DNA of 64,000 nt from Candidatus Latescibacterota bacterium (GCA_965243025.1 CBDETY010000003.1:2048001-2112000), one strand, 5' to 3'. Shown: positions 49,016 through 59,137, counted from the first letter of the stretch. The notes: generated by a model from the letters alone, not told the origin. A program made the numbers and translations.

Positions 49016-50503
49016 CGGCGGGCGCTTTTGTGTGCGCCCCAGGGACCTGACCAGGGCCCGGATCTCCTGCCGTTCCTCAGGGTGGCGCAACAGGGCAAGG
49101 ACCGAGCCCGCGGCGAAGACCCCGCTTCCCAGCACCAGGCGGACCAGGGGTTCCCCGGCCAGCTGGGCGGCAGCGGCGCTGACCAGGGCGACGGTGGAGG
49201 AAATCGCCGCTACCCGCGCCAGGCGGCTCCAGGGCAGCAGGTCGGCGAGCCCGCGGCGCAGATGGCGGGAGATGAGATAAACCAGCAGGGAGGTCTGCAC
49301 CCAGGTCGCCAGCACGGTGGCCAGCGCCGGGCCGAGGAGAGCCTGCCCGGGGGCCTTGCCCAGAAGGACCTGAACGAAGGTGACGCTCAGGATGAAGTTC
49401 AGCAGCAGGTCCCCGACGCTTCCCCAGATCGCCCAGTGCGCCTTTCCCGTGGCGATCAGCAGGGGGTTGTAGACTGCGCAGCGCAGGGGGAGCATCAGCA
49501 GGAAGATGCGGAACACCGCTTCGCTTTCGCGGTACTCCTCCGGCACGTAGAGGGCGATGAGCTCCCCGGCGAAGGCGAAGAGAAAGCAGAACAGCGGCAG
49601 AATGAACAGGGCCAGCCCCCCTACGGTGCGCCTCCAGAGCACCGCTATCCCCGCGAGGTCCCCGTCGCGGTAGCGGGCGCTCACCTCCGGCACGAGAACG
49701 GTTATGACCGCGCTGAGGAGGAGACCGACAGGCACCTCGATCGCACCAATGTGGTAGATGCCGAAGGCGCTGGCGGAGAAGAAGAGGAAGACCACGAGCC
49801 GGTCGACGTTGCGCGAAAGGCTGCCGACCGCGTCGTTGAGACCGATCTGGAAGGAGTAGCGGAGCAGCTCGCCGAAGCGGTCGCCGGGGGGCCAGCCGAA
49901 GCCGACTGCCCTGGCCACCAGCAGCGACGCGACGGCGCAGCGAAGAAGCGCCAGCCCCGACACCCCCCACAGGAACTCCGTCAGCCCCCATCCGTTCAGG
50001 GCCGCGGCCAGCGCGGTGGCGACCATGCCGGCGGCGGTGCCGAAGGCGAGCCCCGCCTGCCAGGTCGTCCTGCCGGCGGCCACCAGCGCCGACTCGACGT
50101 ACCCCGCCGCGACGATGGCGGCGGCATACGGCAGAAACGGGATGACGTACCTGCCCATGGCGGCGAAGTCGACGCCCTCCCACGACAGCTCCGCCGTCGC
50201 CGCCAACCCGAGAAGGCCGGCGAGGACCAGCCCGGAAACCAGCAGGCAGAGCGCCGTCTGCGACACCAGCACCGCCTGCCCGCCGGGCCCGCGGCGGGGG
50301 AAGAAATACAGCAGCCCGGTCGGCAGGCCGGCGAGGAATACCGGGATCAGGGTGTTGGCGAGTACCCAGACGCTGCCGAAGCGGCCGAACTCCTCCTGCG
50401 TCCAGGCCCGCGTCAGGATGACGTTGACGGCGAAGATGCTGGCCGTTGAGACGCCCCGGGCGCAGGCGACGATCGCTATCTTGCGCGTCAGGCCTTCAGC
50501 CAC
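48989..50503 (-). CDS. Oligosaccharide flippase / polysaccharide biosynthesis protein (Wzx/MOP family)
   Basis: Many TM helices; EEFG, GLPTGLLYF, NVDRLVV, FGIY, GPALAT; start GTG 50503 is uncertain. Confidence 0.82.
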   Translation of the reverse strand: MAEGLTRKIAIVACARGVSTASIFAVNVILTRAWTQEEFGRFGSVWVLANTLIPVFLAGLPTGLLYFFPRRGPGGQAVLVSQTALCLLVSGLVLAGLLGLAATAELSWEGVDFAAMGRYVIPFLPYAAAIVAAGYVESALVAAGRTTWQAGLAFGTAAGMVATALAAALNGWGLTEFLWGVSGLALLRCAVASLLVARAVGFGWPPGDRFGELLRYSFQIGLNDAVGSLSRNVDRLVVFLFFSASAFGIYHIGAIEVPVGLLLSAVITVLVPEVSARYRDGDLAGIAVLWRRTVGGLALFILPLFCFLFAFAGELIALYVPEEYRESEAVFRIFLLMLPLRCAVYNPLLIATGKAHWAIWGSVGDLLLNFILSVTFVQVLLGKAPGQALLGPALATVLATWVQTSLLVYLISRHLRRGLADLLPWSRLARVAAISSTVALVSAAAAQLAGEPLVRLVLGSGVFAAGSVLALLRHPEERQEIRALVRSLGRTQKRPPSDPSLSGQ

Positions 50504-50617
50504 GTGCTGCAGACTGATTTGACCAAAGCCGCTGGCACCGGGACAAGCGCCGGCGGACATGCCCGACTCCTCCCGGCTGCAGAGGAAACCCCGGCACGCT
50601 GCCGCCCGCGGCTTGGT

Positions 50618-52360
50618 TCACTGGAGCTCTTCCGCGGGCTCGGCCCTGTCGGCGACTCGCACGACCGCATCGAGCTTCTCGCCGATCTCGGGGTCGATCT
50701 CCCCGGCAGGGACATGCTCGGCCAGCTCGTAGAAGTTCTTCTTCGCCATCAGGTTCGGCAGGCCGAGCTTCCCGAAGTAGGCCTCGAACACAGGCACCAG
50801 GAAATCGTCGCTGGCCTTGATGCCCTGGTCCCACGGAGACCCTTTTCCGAGCGTCTTCAGCGCCGATTCGACCTCAGAGATCGCCTCCCGCATCGCCGTC
50901 ATGCGCCTGCGGGCTTCGGCCTTGGTGAACAGCGGTCCTGGCACGGCTTTCTCCGCCGACGCCGCGGCGTACGCCTCGAGGGTGGCAGGGGAACAGAGGT
51001 AGTTCTCGATCTCCCGGCGTTTCCAGACCATGCACCGGACGGGGGAAAGATCCGGTGGATCCGATTCGAACCGATCAAAAAGAGCAACCCCGCGCAGCTC
51101 GGGCAGAGCCTCCTTCAGACCGTGAAAATTGTCTCGAACCGCCCGGGGCTGATTGCCCACATACTCCACGAAGGGCCGATCGAGAGCCTTGACCGCGGCC
51201 TCGTGCTCCAGCCGCCTGGCAAAAGCCTGCAGAATCGAAAGGTCCGTCGAGCCCTCCAGATAGAGCACCCAGCCGGTCTGCTCCGCCTGGTAGTATTTTT
51301 CGAATCCGATCTCCCTGAGCGCCTTCTGAACCTGGCTTCCGCGGTCGTCGATGCGGTGCGGCTTGCCGACGAAGGCAACCACCAGATCCCGGCCGCCAGC
51401 CTCGTTGAGCAGCACCTCGGAATGGCTGGCAGCAATGATCTGACTCCCGCTTTCCCGAGCCGCCTCGGTGAGCAGGCGGTAGATCTGGCGCTGCCGAAGG
51501 ATTTCAAGGTGAGCGTCCGGTTCGTCGAGAAGCAGGACGGCTCCCGGATTCGCGTACATGTAGGCCAGAAGAAGAAGGGTCTGCTGAAGACCCCGGCCAG
51601 CGGAGGACAGGTCGAGCTCAACCCCTTGCTCGCGGTAGGTCATCGCGATTTCCCCGCGCTCGGCAATGTAGCGGGGAGGACGTATCCCGGAACCGAACAG
51701 CCGTTCGATCTGTTCGACGAGCGTCTTCCACACAGCTTCGTTTTCGCCGTGGACCTGCAAACAGAGATTGCGAAGCACCTCCGCGGTGCGGCCTTCTCCC
51801 ACCCGGACGTTTACGGCCCCTTCATCGAGACGCGTTTCCGTGGCAGCAAGCCCCGACATCGGGGGCAGGAAAGCAATCGGCACCGTACCTGCCTCGCCGG
51901 GGACCAGCATGCGTTCAGGAGTCTTTCCATCGGACAGGCGCAGGGGCCGGCAGTAGAAGGACTCGTCGTTGGCATAGTCGAACTCGAGCCCGCAAGTCCA
52001 GCATTTGTCGTTGGTCACCCCCTCGACGACTATGTCGATACAGATATTGCTGGTGCGCTGGCGGCCATCGACGTTGCGAACATTCCTCACGTGCAGTCCC
52101 CGCCACAGAAGGTTGGCGTCAGGAATGGGAATGGCCACGAGGTCGCGTCGATTCACGGTCACCCCGGGCCGCTTCTCGGGAGCGCTCCTTCCCGACCGCT
52201 TCTCGTTCCAGCGCCGGAGGCCGATGTCCCAGAGGGCGAGCGCCTGCATGGCCGAGGTCTTCCCGGAGTTGTTGGGTCCGATGAAGACCACCGGGCTCCC
52301 GAGCTCGATCTCGACCTCGCCGAAGCGCTTGAAGTTGCGGATGGTGAGTTTGGTCAGCAT
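50618..52360 (-). CDS. ABC-type ATPase fused to a TOPRIM-like domain (OLD-family / AAA_15-like putative nuclease)
   Basis: IRNFKRF, GPNNSGKT, LSSAGRG, LLLDEPDAHL, ASHS; C-terminal YLEGSTD...FDR...REIENY. Confidence 0.8.
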   Translation of the reverse strand: MLTKLTIRNFKRFGEVEIELGSPVVFIGPNNSGKTSAMQALALWDIGLRRWNEKRSGRSAPEKRPGVTVNRRDLVAIPIPDANLLWRGLHVRNVRNVDGRQRTSNICIDIVVEGVTNDKCWTCGLEFDYANDESFYCRPLRLSDGKTPERMLVPGEAGTVPIAFLPPMSGLAATETRLDEGAVNVRVGEGRTAEVLRNLCLQVHGENEAVWKTLVEQIERLFGSGIRPPRYIAERGEIAMTYREQGVELDLSSAGRGLQQTLLLLAYMYANPGAVLLLDEPDAHLEILRQRQIYRLLTEAARESGSQIIAASHSEVLLNEAGGRDLVVAFVGKPHRIDDRGSQVQKALREIGFEKYYQAEQTGWVLYLEGSTDLSILQAFARRLEHEAAVKALDRPFVEYVGNQPRAVRDNFHGLKEALPELRGVALFDRFESDPPDLSPVRCMVWKRREIENYLCSPATLEAYAAASAEKAVPGPLFTKAEARRRMTAMREAISEVESALKTLGKGSPWDQGIKASDDFLVPVFEAYFGKLGLPNLMAKKNFYELAEHVPAGEIDPEIGEKLDAVVRVADRAEPAEELQ

Positions 52361-52435
52361 CAGGGAGAATCCGGTTCAGTCAGCCGCTCGAGGCAGCGCA
52401 GCACGCCATGGTTCCTGAAAGCCTGTCTTATAGAT

Positions 52436-52684
52436 CTAACAAACATTAACCCAAGGGGGGATGAGATCACTGGCAATAACCCCATCGAAATCAGAAGAAA
52501 CTTCGTCGACCACAAACTTGCCCTTCATGGCGCCGAACCCCCGGATGCCCGGACGGTTTTCGTACCGGACGAGCCGCGCAACAGGTATGCCATTGCGGGC
52601 ATTCACGACCTCTTCACCGGCCTCTGCCCGCGACAAGAAGCGGGAAAGCTGGGTCTTGGCTTCACGGACATTGACATCAGACAT
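52436..52684 (-). CDS. Phd/YefM-family antitoxin with no adjacent downstream toxin
   Basis: VNVREAKTQLSRFL...GEEVV.ARNGIPVARLV; AGGAG RBS. Confidence 0.8.
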   Translation of the reverse strand: MSDVNVREAKTQLSRFLSRAEAGEEVVNARNGIPVARLVRYENRPGIRGFGAMKGKFVVDEVSSDFDGVIASDLIPPWVNVC

Positions 52685-52727
52685 CTTCGGACTCCTTCTC
52701 ACCACAGCCCAACCCTGGATTTAGAGC

Positions 52728-53141
52728 TCATCTCCCGCCCGGGAAGTCTGCCGGGCTCAAGATCGGGATGTTTTGAAATGGCGACATTGCCTGAAGATCC
52801 TGATCCCCGGTGACGACACATTCAGCCTCTCCCATGAGCGCCGTTTCGAGAAGCTTGTCGTCGTCCGGATCGCGGCATCCCATTTTTGCTCCAACGATCG
52901 ACACCCATTCCGAAACCGGCTCGAGCTGGGCCAGAAAAACCGACCGGTCTTGGCGGCTTATATAGTTGTCGAACTTCGAACGATCGATCCGGGTCTTCAG
53001 CTCGTCGAAGGTCTCCTCGGAGAATAGGAAGACCCCGTTCACCGCTCGTATTGCATCTACGACCGCACGCGGCGATCCATCAGGATTCAGTGCAGCGCTG
53101 ATCAGAACGTCGGTATCGAGAACGACACCATCAGCTTTCAT
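52728..53141 (-). CDS. PIN-domain toxin (PIN_3 type)
   Basis: VVLDTDVLISA, CRDPDDDKLLE, VTGDQDL. Confidence 0.9.
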   Translation of the reverse strand: MKADGVVLDTDVLISAALNPDGSPRAVVDAIRAVNGVFLFSEETFDELKTRIDRSKFDNYISRQDRSVFLAQLEPVSEWVSIVGAKMGCRDPDDDKLLETALMGEAECVVTGDQDLQAMSPFQNIPILSPADFPGGR

Positions 53142-53382
53142 CGGCCAGGAGTGCTTCCAGGCGTTCGGCGGTCAAACCCCTGTCTGCGGCCTCGGCCCCC
53201 AGACGGTCCATGGTCGCGGTCAAGCGAGCCCATGCCGCGCCCCGCAGGCGTTCGTACTGTTCCATCGACATCATGACGCCGACGGCCCTGCCTTTCTTCG
53301 TAACGCAGACGGGGGCACTCTGGGCGGCATCCAACAAACGGCCGAACTGGTTTTTTGCCTCTCTGGCAGCGATCTCTTTCAT
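53131..53382 (-). CDS. Phd/YefM-family antitoxin
   Basis: IAAREAKNQFGRLLDAA..PV.VTKKGR; overlaps the PIN start by 11 nt. Confidence 0.9.
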   Translation of the reverse strand: MKEIAAREAKNQFGRLLDAAQSAPVCVTKKGRAVGVMMSMEQYERLRGAAWARLTATMDRLGAEAADRGLTAERLEALLADES

Positions 53383-53388
53383 GTGCCT

Positions 53389-53402
53389 ATAATAGCTATT
53401 AT
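53389..53402. promoter_or_regulatory. TA operator palindrome overlapping a -10-like element
   Basis: Perfect 14-bp palindrome ATAATAGCTATTAT ending 6 nt upstream of the antitoxin ATG. Confidence 0.7.
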
Positions 53403-53581
53403 GACTCCTGGTGAAAAATCCATCTGTTCGAGTGCAGTTTCCCCCGGCCTGAGCTCCTGCCCCCGGACCAATATATTTTCCGTAATCCCAAATGGACTCC
53501 AGGCCATGGACTTACCGATGCCCCTCATGGGCCGCCGGGATTCCCTCAATTTCTCTACCAGTACCTGAAGCCTGACCGGAA

Positions 53582-54490
53582 TTGACCCGCTTCCAGAAAC
53601 TGGCAGTCGCCACCACGACGGCGACCTTCCTCCTGATCGGCCTGGGGGGTTTCGTGCGCGCCGCCGGGGCCGGCCTCGGCTGTCCTGACTGGCCCAAGTG
53701 CTTCGGCCGCTGGATCCCGCCGACCGAGGTGAGCCAGCTGCCCGCCGACATCGACCCGGAGCTGTTCAACTTCCAGCTCGCCTGGATCGAGTACGTCAAC
53801 CGGCTGGTCGGGGTGACCGTCGGCCTGCTCATCCTCGCCACCGCCTGGCTCGCCTGGCGCGACCACCGGGGCGACCCCCCGGTTCTGGTTCCGGCCCTGG
53901 CAGCGGTTCCGCTGGTCGCCTTCCAGGGCTGGTTCGGCGGCCAGGTGGTCGCCCACCAGCTCGACCCCCGGTTCGTCACCGTCCACCTGCTCGTCGCCGT
54001 GGCCATCATCGCGGTGCTGATCGCGGCGGCGGCCAACAGCTTTCCGAAGACCGGCGGGGATGAGACCGCGGACCCGACGCCGCAGTTCCGCCTGGTGCGG
54101 GCCGGCCTCGTTCTCGTGCTCCTGCAGATCTGCCTCGGGGCCCTGGTGCGCGGGAGCATCGACCTGGCGGCCGAGCGCTTCCCGGACCTGGACCGGGGCG
54201 CCCTGCTCGCCGAGGCCGGCTGGCTCGACGGCGCCCACCGCACCCTCGGACTGGCGGTGCTGGGATGCTGCGCCGCCCTTGCCCTTATCGCCGCCAGGGC
54301 TTCCAGCCACCTCCCCGTCTGGCGGCGGCTCGGCATGGCGCCCCTGGCCGTCGCCGCGGTGCAGTTCGCGGCCGGGGCCGGGCTGGCCTGGTTCGCCCTC
54401 CCCCCGGCCCTGCAGGTCGTCCACGTCCTCTTCGCGAGTCTCCTGTTCGGCAGCCTGTTCCTGCTGTCCCTCCGCCTGAGGCCCGGCTGA
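53582..54490 (+). CDS. ctaA: Heme A synthase (COX15/CtaA family)
   Basis: GAGLGCPDWPKCFG, IEYVNRL, FQGWFGG, VTVH, AHR, QVVH; multiple TM helices; TTG start. Confidence 0.85.
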   Translation: MTRFQKLAVATTTATFLLIGLGGFVRAAGAGLGCPDWPKCFGRWIPPTEVSQLPADIDPELFNFQLAWIEYVNRLVGVTVGLLILATAWLAWRDHRGDPPVLVPALAAVPLVAFQGWFGGQVVAHQLDPRFVTVHLLVAVAIIAVLIAAAANSFPKTGGDETADPTPQFRLVRAGLVLVLLQICLGALVRGSIDLAAERFPDLDRGALLAEAGWLDGAHRTLGLAVLGCCAALALIAARASSHLPVWRRLGMAPLAVAAVQFAAGAGLAWFALPPALQVVHVLFASLLFGSLFLLSLRLRPG

Positions 54491-54652
54491 AGCCGCTTCC
54501 GCGGCCGGGAAGGTTCTCTTTTCGCCCGGGTGAAGCCGGCGGCGGGAACCTGGGGTTCCCCCGGCTGGTTTCAGAACCGCCGGGAGAAACAAGGTCGGCA
54601 CATACCGCGCGGCTTATATTCTCTGGCACGGGCACGCAAACTGACCACGCTG

Positions 54653-56329
54653 ATGACCTCAACCCACAACGGCAACCTCGTCGACGCCTGGCGGGGGCAG
54701 CCGGCTCCCCTGCTGCCGCTGCTCCACGCCTTCCACGACCGCGACCGGTTCCTCAGCGACGACGCCATCCGGGAAGTGGCCGAGGGCCTGAACATCCCGC
54801 TCGCCGAGCTCTTCGGCACGGTGACCTTCTACCATCACTTCGCCCGCAACCGCCCCGGGCAGTCCGTTCCCCGGGTCTGCACCGGCCCGGTATGCTGTCT
54901 GCGCGGCGCCGGCGGCCTGGTCGAATCCCTCGACGGCGCCACACCCATGCCCTGCTCGGGACGCTGCGACGAGCCGGTCCCGGTGCTCGCCGGCAACCGC
55001 ACCCTGGTGGGGTCCCCCGACGGGACCCTGCGGGAGCTCCCTTCCCCGCTGCCGGCCCCCAACCCGGGGGGCTGCGAGGAGTGCGTCTTCGCCGGCATCC
55101 GCCTTCCCGGCCGCGCCGGCATCGAGGGGTACCGCGCCAGCGGCGGGTACGCAGCGCTCGAGCGCGCCCTCGGGGGCATGCCGCCGGAGGAGCTGCTCGA
55201 CCTGATCGCCGACAGCGGCCTGGCGGGACGGGGCGGCGCCGGGTTCCCGACCGGGCAGAAGTGGCGGGCGGTCGCCGAGGCCCCCGGAAGCCCGAAGACG
55301 GTGGTCTGCAACGCCGACGAGGGGGAACCGGGCTGTTTCAAGGACCGCGCCCTGCTCGACTACGACCCGCATGCCGTCATCGAGGGGATGCTGCTGGCGG
55401 CGTACGCCTCCGGGGCGGAGCGGGGGTTCATCTACCTGCGCTACGAATACCCGGAGACCTTCGAGATCCTCGAGCGCGCCATGGCCGAGGCGGAGGCGGC
55501 CGACCTGCTCGGGACCGACATCCTCGGCAGCGGCTTCGAGTTCCGCCTCTACCTCAGGCGCGGAGCCGGGGCCTACATCTGCGGGGAGGAGGGCTCGCTC
55601 CTCAACAGCCTCGAGGGGCGCCACCCGTTCCCGCGCAACCGCCCCCCCTTCCCGGTCACGCACGGGTACGAAGACCTGCCGACCGTGGTCAACAACGTCG
55701 AGACCCTGGCCTCGGCCCCCCCGGTCGTGCGCAACGGGGCCGCCTGGTACCGGGGGCTCGGCCTCGGGGAGCACGCCGGCACCAAGCTGATCAGCCTCAG
55801 CGGCGACATCGAGCGCCCCGGCAACTACGAAGTTCCGCTCGGCCTGCCCCTGCAGACCCTGCTGCACGACTGGGCCGGCGGCGCTCCGGACGGTCGGTCT
55901 ATCCAGGCGGTGACCATGGCCGGCCTCTCCGGCGGCTTCCTCGCCGGCGGCGACCTCGAAGCCACCCTCGACGAACCGGACATCCGTTCGCGCGGCTCCT
56001 TCCTCGGGGCCGGCGGCATCATGGTGTTCGACGACAGCCGCGACATGGTCGAGGCCGCGCACGGCGCCATGGAGTTCTTCGCCGAGGAATCGTGCGGCAA
56101 GTGCTTCCCCTGCCGCATCGGCACCCAGCGGCTGACCGAGCGCCTCGCCGGGGCCCCGGGGTCGCCGCGCAGACCGGCGGCCTGGCGCCGCGAGGTCGAG
56201 GAGATGGGGGCGGCGATGGCGGCGACGAGCGCCTGCGGTCTGGGGACGGCCGCCCCCAACATCACGCAAAGCCTGATGAAGTACTTTCCCGGAGAAGTGG
56301 AAAGACACGTGCGCGCCTCCGGCGCGTGA
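54653..56329 (+). CDS. Fused NuoE/NuoF-like diaphorase subunit of NAD-dependent formate dehydrogenase (FdsG+FdsB-like)
   Basis: NuoE part (TFYHHF, CTGPVC, CSGRC); NuoF part (GRGGAGFPTG, CNADEGEPG, GAGAYICGEE, NNVETL, ESCGKCFPCRIG). Confidence 0.9.
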   Translation: MTSTHNGNLVDAWRGQPAPLLPLLHAFHDRDRFLSDDAIREVAEGLNIPLAELFGTVTFYHHFARNRPGQSVPRVCTGPVCCLRGAGGLVESLDGATPMPCSGRCDEPVPVLAGNRTLVGSPDGTLRELPSPLPAPNPGGCEECVFAGIRLPGRAGIEGYRASGGYAALERALGGMPPEELLDLIADSGLAGRGGAGFPTGQKWRAVAEAPGSPKTVVCNADEGEPGCFKDRALLDYDPHAVIEGMLLAAYASGAERGFIYLRYEYPETFEILERAMAEAEAADLLGTDILGSGFEFRLYLRRGAGAYICGEEGSLLNSLEGRHPFPRNRPPFPVTHGYEDLPTVVNNVETLASAPPVVRNGAAWYRGLGLGEHAGTKLISLSGDIERPGNYEVPLGLPLQTLLHDWAGGAPDGRSIQAVTMAGLSGGFLAGGDLEATLDEPDIRSRGSFLGAGGIMVFDDSRDMVEAAHGAMEFFAEESCGKCFPCRIGTQRLTERLAGAPGSPRRPAAWRREVEEMGAAMAATSACGLGTAAPNITQSLMKYFPGEVERHVRASGA

Positions 56330-56344
56330 CAGGAGCATCCGACC

Positions 56345-59137
56345 ATGACAACGACGACAGTACCTGAAGAAACGAGGGTCGCCGGCAACGGCGCCTCCAG
56401 GGAGAACGGGCGGCCCGCCGCCGCCAGGGCGATCACCATCGACGGCGTCGAGGTCGCCTTCACCGATGGGGAGACCATCTACGAGGCCGCCACCCGCTCG
56501 GGGCACGACATCCCCACCCTCTGCTACGACCCGCGCCTGGAGCCGTTCGGTGCCTGCCGGCTCTGCGTCGTGGAGGTCGAGGGGGCGCGCACTCCGGTCG
56601 CCTCCTGCACCACGAGGGCGGTGGACGGCATGTCGGTGCGCACCTCCACCGAGGAGGTCGAGAAGCACCGCCGCACCCTGCTGGAGATGGTCGCCTCGGA
56701 GAACCGCCAGGTCGACGTCGACCCGCTCACCTCGTACGCCTCCCAGGAGCTCGCCCACCTCGTCGACCGCTACGACGCGCGCGGCGGCCGCTTCGCCGGG
56801 GCCAGGTCGGGCACGAGCAAGGAGGACGACAACCCCTTCCTGCTGCGCGACTACGAGCAGTGCATCTCCTGCTACCGCTGCGTCCGCGTCTGCGCCGAGC
56901 AGGAGGGCGACCACGCCATCAACGTCATGAACCGCGGCTTCCACACGCAGATCACCACCGAGTTCGACGGCCTGCTCAAGGACTCCTCCTGCACCTTCTG
57001 CGGCCAGTGCGTGCAGACCTGCCCGACCGGGGCCCTCGGCGACAGGAAGGCGCTGCGCTCCGCGGAGCTGCCCGGCGAGATCGAGAAGACGCGTTCGGTC
57101 TGTCCGTACTGCGGGGTGGGCTGCTCGGTCGACCTGCTGACCAAGGAGGAGACTCTCGTCGGCATCCACCCGGCCATGGACGGCCCGGCCAACAACGGGG
57201 CGCTGTGCGTCAAGGGGCAGTTCGCCTTCGATTTCGTCCAGCACGGCGACCGCCTCGCCTACCCGATGGTCCGCGGCGAGGACGGCGAGCTGCGCGAGGC
57301 GACCTGGGACGAGGCCCTCGAGCGCGCCGCCGGGGGGTTCCGGCGGGCCGCCGACAAGTACGGCGAGCACAGCGTCTACGGCATCGCCTCGGGGCGGGCG
57401 CCCTCGGAAGCGGCCTACACCATGCAGAAGTTCATCCGCGCGGGGTTCGGCACCAACCAGATAGACAACTGCAGCCGTGCCTGACACGCTCCCACGGTTG
57501 CCGGTCTGGCAGCCACGATAGGGCGCGGCGCCATGTCGAACCCGCTGGCCGACATGGAGAAACCGGACGTGATCTTCTGCATCGGGACCAACATGACCGA
57601 GTGCCACCCGGTGGCGGCGACGGCGATCAAGAAGGCGATCGCCCGGGGGGCCAAGCTCATCGTCGCCGACCCGCGGCGCATTCCCCTGGCCGACATGGCC
57701 GACCTCTACCTGCCGCTGCGCGTCGGCTCCGACGTCGCCCTGCTGGCGGCGATGGCCCACGTCATCGCCCGCGAGGGTCTCGTCAACGAGGAGTTCATCT
57801 CCCGGCGCACCACCGAAAGCGAAGGTTTCCTCGAGCACATCGAGCGCCTGACCCCGGAGTGGGCCGCCGCAATCGCCGAGGTGCCAGCCGCCGACATCGA
57901 GAAGGCGGCGATCTGGTACGGCGGCGCCGACCGCGGGGCCATCTACTACACCCTCGGCATCACCGAGCACATCTGCGGCGTCGACAACGTGCTGTCGCTG
58001 TGCAACCTGGCGCTGATGACGGGCAACGTCGGCCGCGAGGGGACCGGCATCAATCCGATGCGCGGCCAGAACAACATCCAGGGGGCCGGCGACAGCGGCG
58101 CCCTGCCGGACAACTACCCCGGCTTCCAGAAGGTCCTGGACCCGGCCAACCGGGAGAAGTTCAGGAAGCTGTACGGACGCGAGATCGACGGCGAGCGCGG
58201 CATCACCAAGGTCACCGCCCTCGACCGCTGCGGCGACGGCATCCACGCGATGATCATCAACGGCGAGAACACGCTGATTTCAGATCCGGACCGCGCCCAC
58301 TGCCAGCACGCCCTCGAAAGCCTCGACCACCTCGTCGTCATCGACATCTTCCTCACCGAGACCGCCGAGCTCGCCGACGTCGTCTTCCCGGCGACCGCCT
58401 TCGCCGAGACCGACGGCGTCTGCGTCAACACCGAGCGCCGGGTGCAGCGGCTGCGCGCCGCGGTGCCGCCGCCGGGAGAGGCGAAGCCGGACTGGTGGAT
58501 CGTCAGCCGGATCGCCCGGAGAATGGGGATTCCCGGCTTCGATTTCGCCAGCGCCCGCGACGTCTTCGACGAGCTGTGCAGCCTGTCGCCGATCTACGCC
58601 GGCCTCGACTGGGACCGCATCGAGCGCAACGAGTACCAGTGGCCGGTGCCGCACAGGGACCACCCGGGGACGCCGATCCTGCACCAGGAGGAGTTCCCCA
58701 ACGGCCGCGGCATCTTCAGCAAGGTCGACTACCGCGACCCGGCCGAGTCGGTCAGCGCCGAGTTCCCGGTCTGGCTGACCACGGGCCGCCGGCTGCCGGC
58801 CTACCACACCCGCACCCAGACCGGCCGCGCCCGGGGCATCGACTACCTGCTGTCGGAGGAATCCCTGGAGGTGCACCCGGGCGACGTCGCCGCCTGGGGG
58901 CTGACCGAGGGGGGCTGGTGCCGCCTGACCAGCGCCAGGGGCCAGGTCGACATCAAGGTGCGGGCGACGGACCGGTCGCCGCGGGGAACGGTGTTCACGA
59001 GCTTCGGTTTCAGCGAGGTGCCGGTGAACGCCCTGACCGGATCGGGGTACGACCCGGTGACCCACACCGCGGAGCTCAAGGTCTGCCCGGTTCGCGTCGA
59101 ACCGCTGGCGGGCCCCGGGGCGGAAACCGCTTCCTGA
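56345..59137 (+). CDS. fdhF: Formate dehydrogenase alpha subunit, selenocysteine-containing (930 aa, Sec380)
   Basis: NuoG-like Fe-S domains, CPYCGVGC, LCVKG; DNCSRA-TGA-HAPTVAGL continues in frame into ORF 57533-59137 (PMRGQNNIQGAGD, LTTGR, ELKVCPV). Confidence 0.95.
57485..57526 (+). promoter_or_regulatory. Bacterial SECIS element
   Basis: Hairpin GGTTGCC-GGTCT-GGCAGCC starts 11 nt after the TGA; similar to the E. coli fdhF SECIS GGUUGCAGGUCUGCACC. Confidence 0.85.

Noticed and set aside
50560-53580. Prophage, IS element or integron explaining the TA islet
   Set aside because: No integrase, transposase, attC-like sites or flanking direct repeats seen.
54624-54639. TGGCACG as a sigma-54 promoter for the FDH genes
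   Set aside because: The GG-to-GC spacing is 9 nt rather than the required 10, and there is no TT before the GC.
57482-57532. FDH alpha as a pseudogene or as two separate genes
   Set aside because: The TGA sits exactly at the catalytic Cys/Sec position, the frame is continuous and a SECIS follows.
54659-58246. 1195-aa minus-strand ORF and other long shadow ORFs (1890-4613, 25526-27667, 50504-52813, 56860-60114)
   Set aside because: Antisense or off-frame shadows of well-supported genes; no motifs; expected in high-GC DNA.
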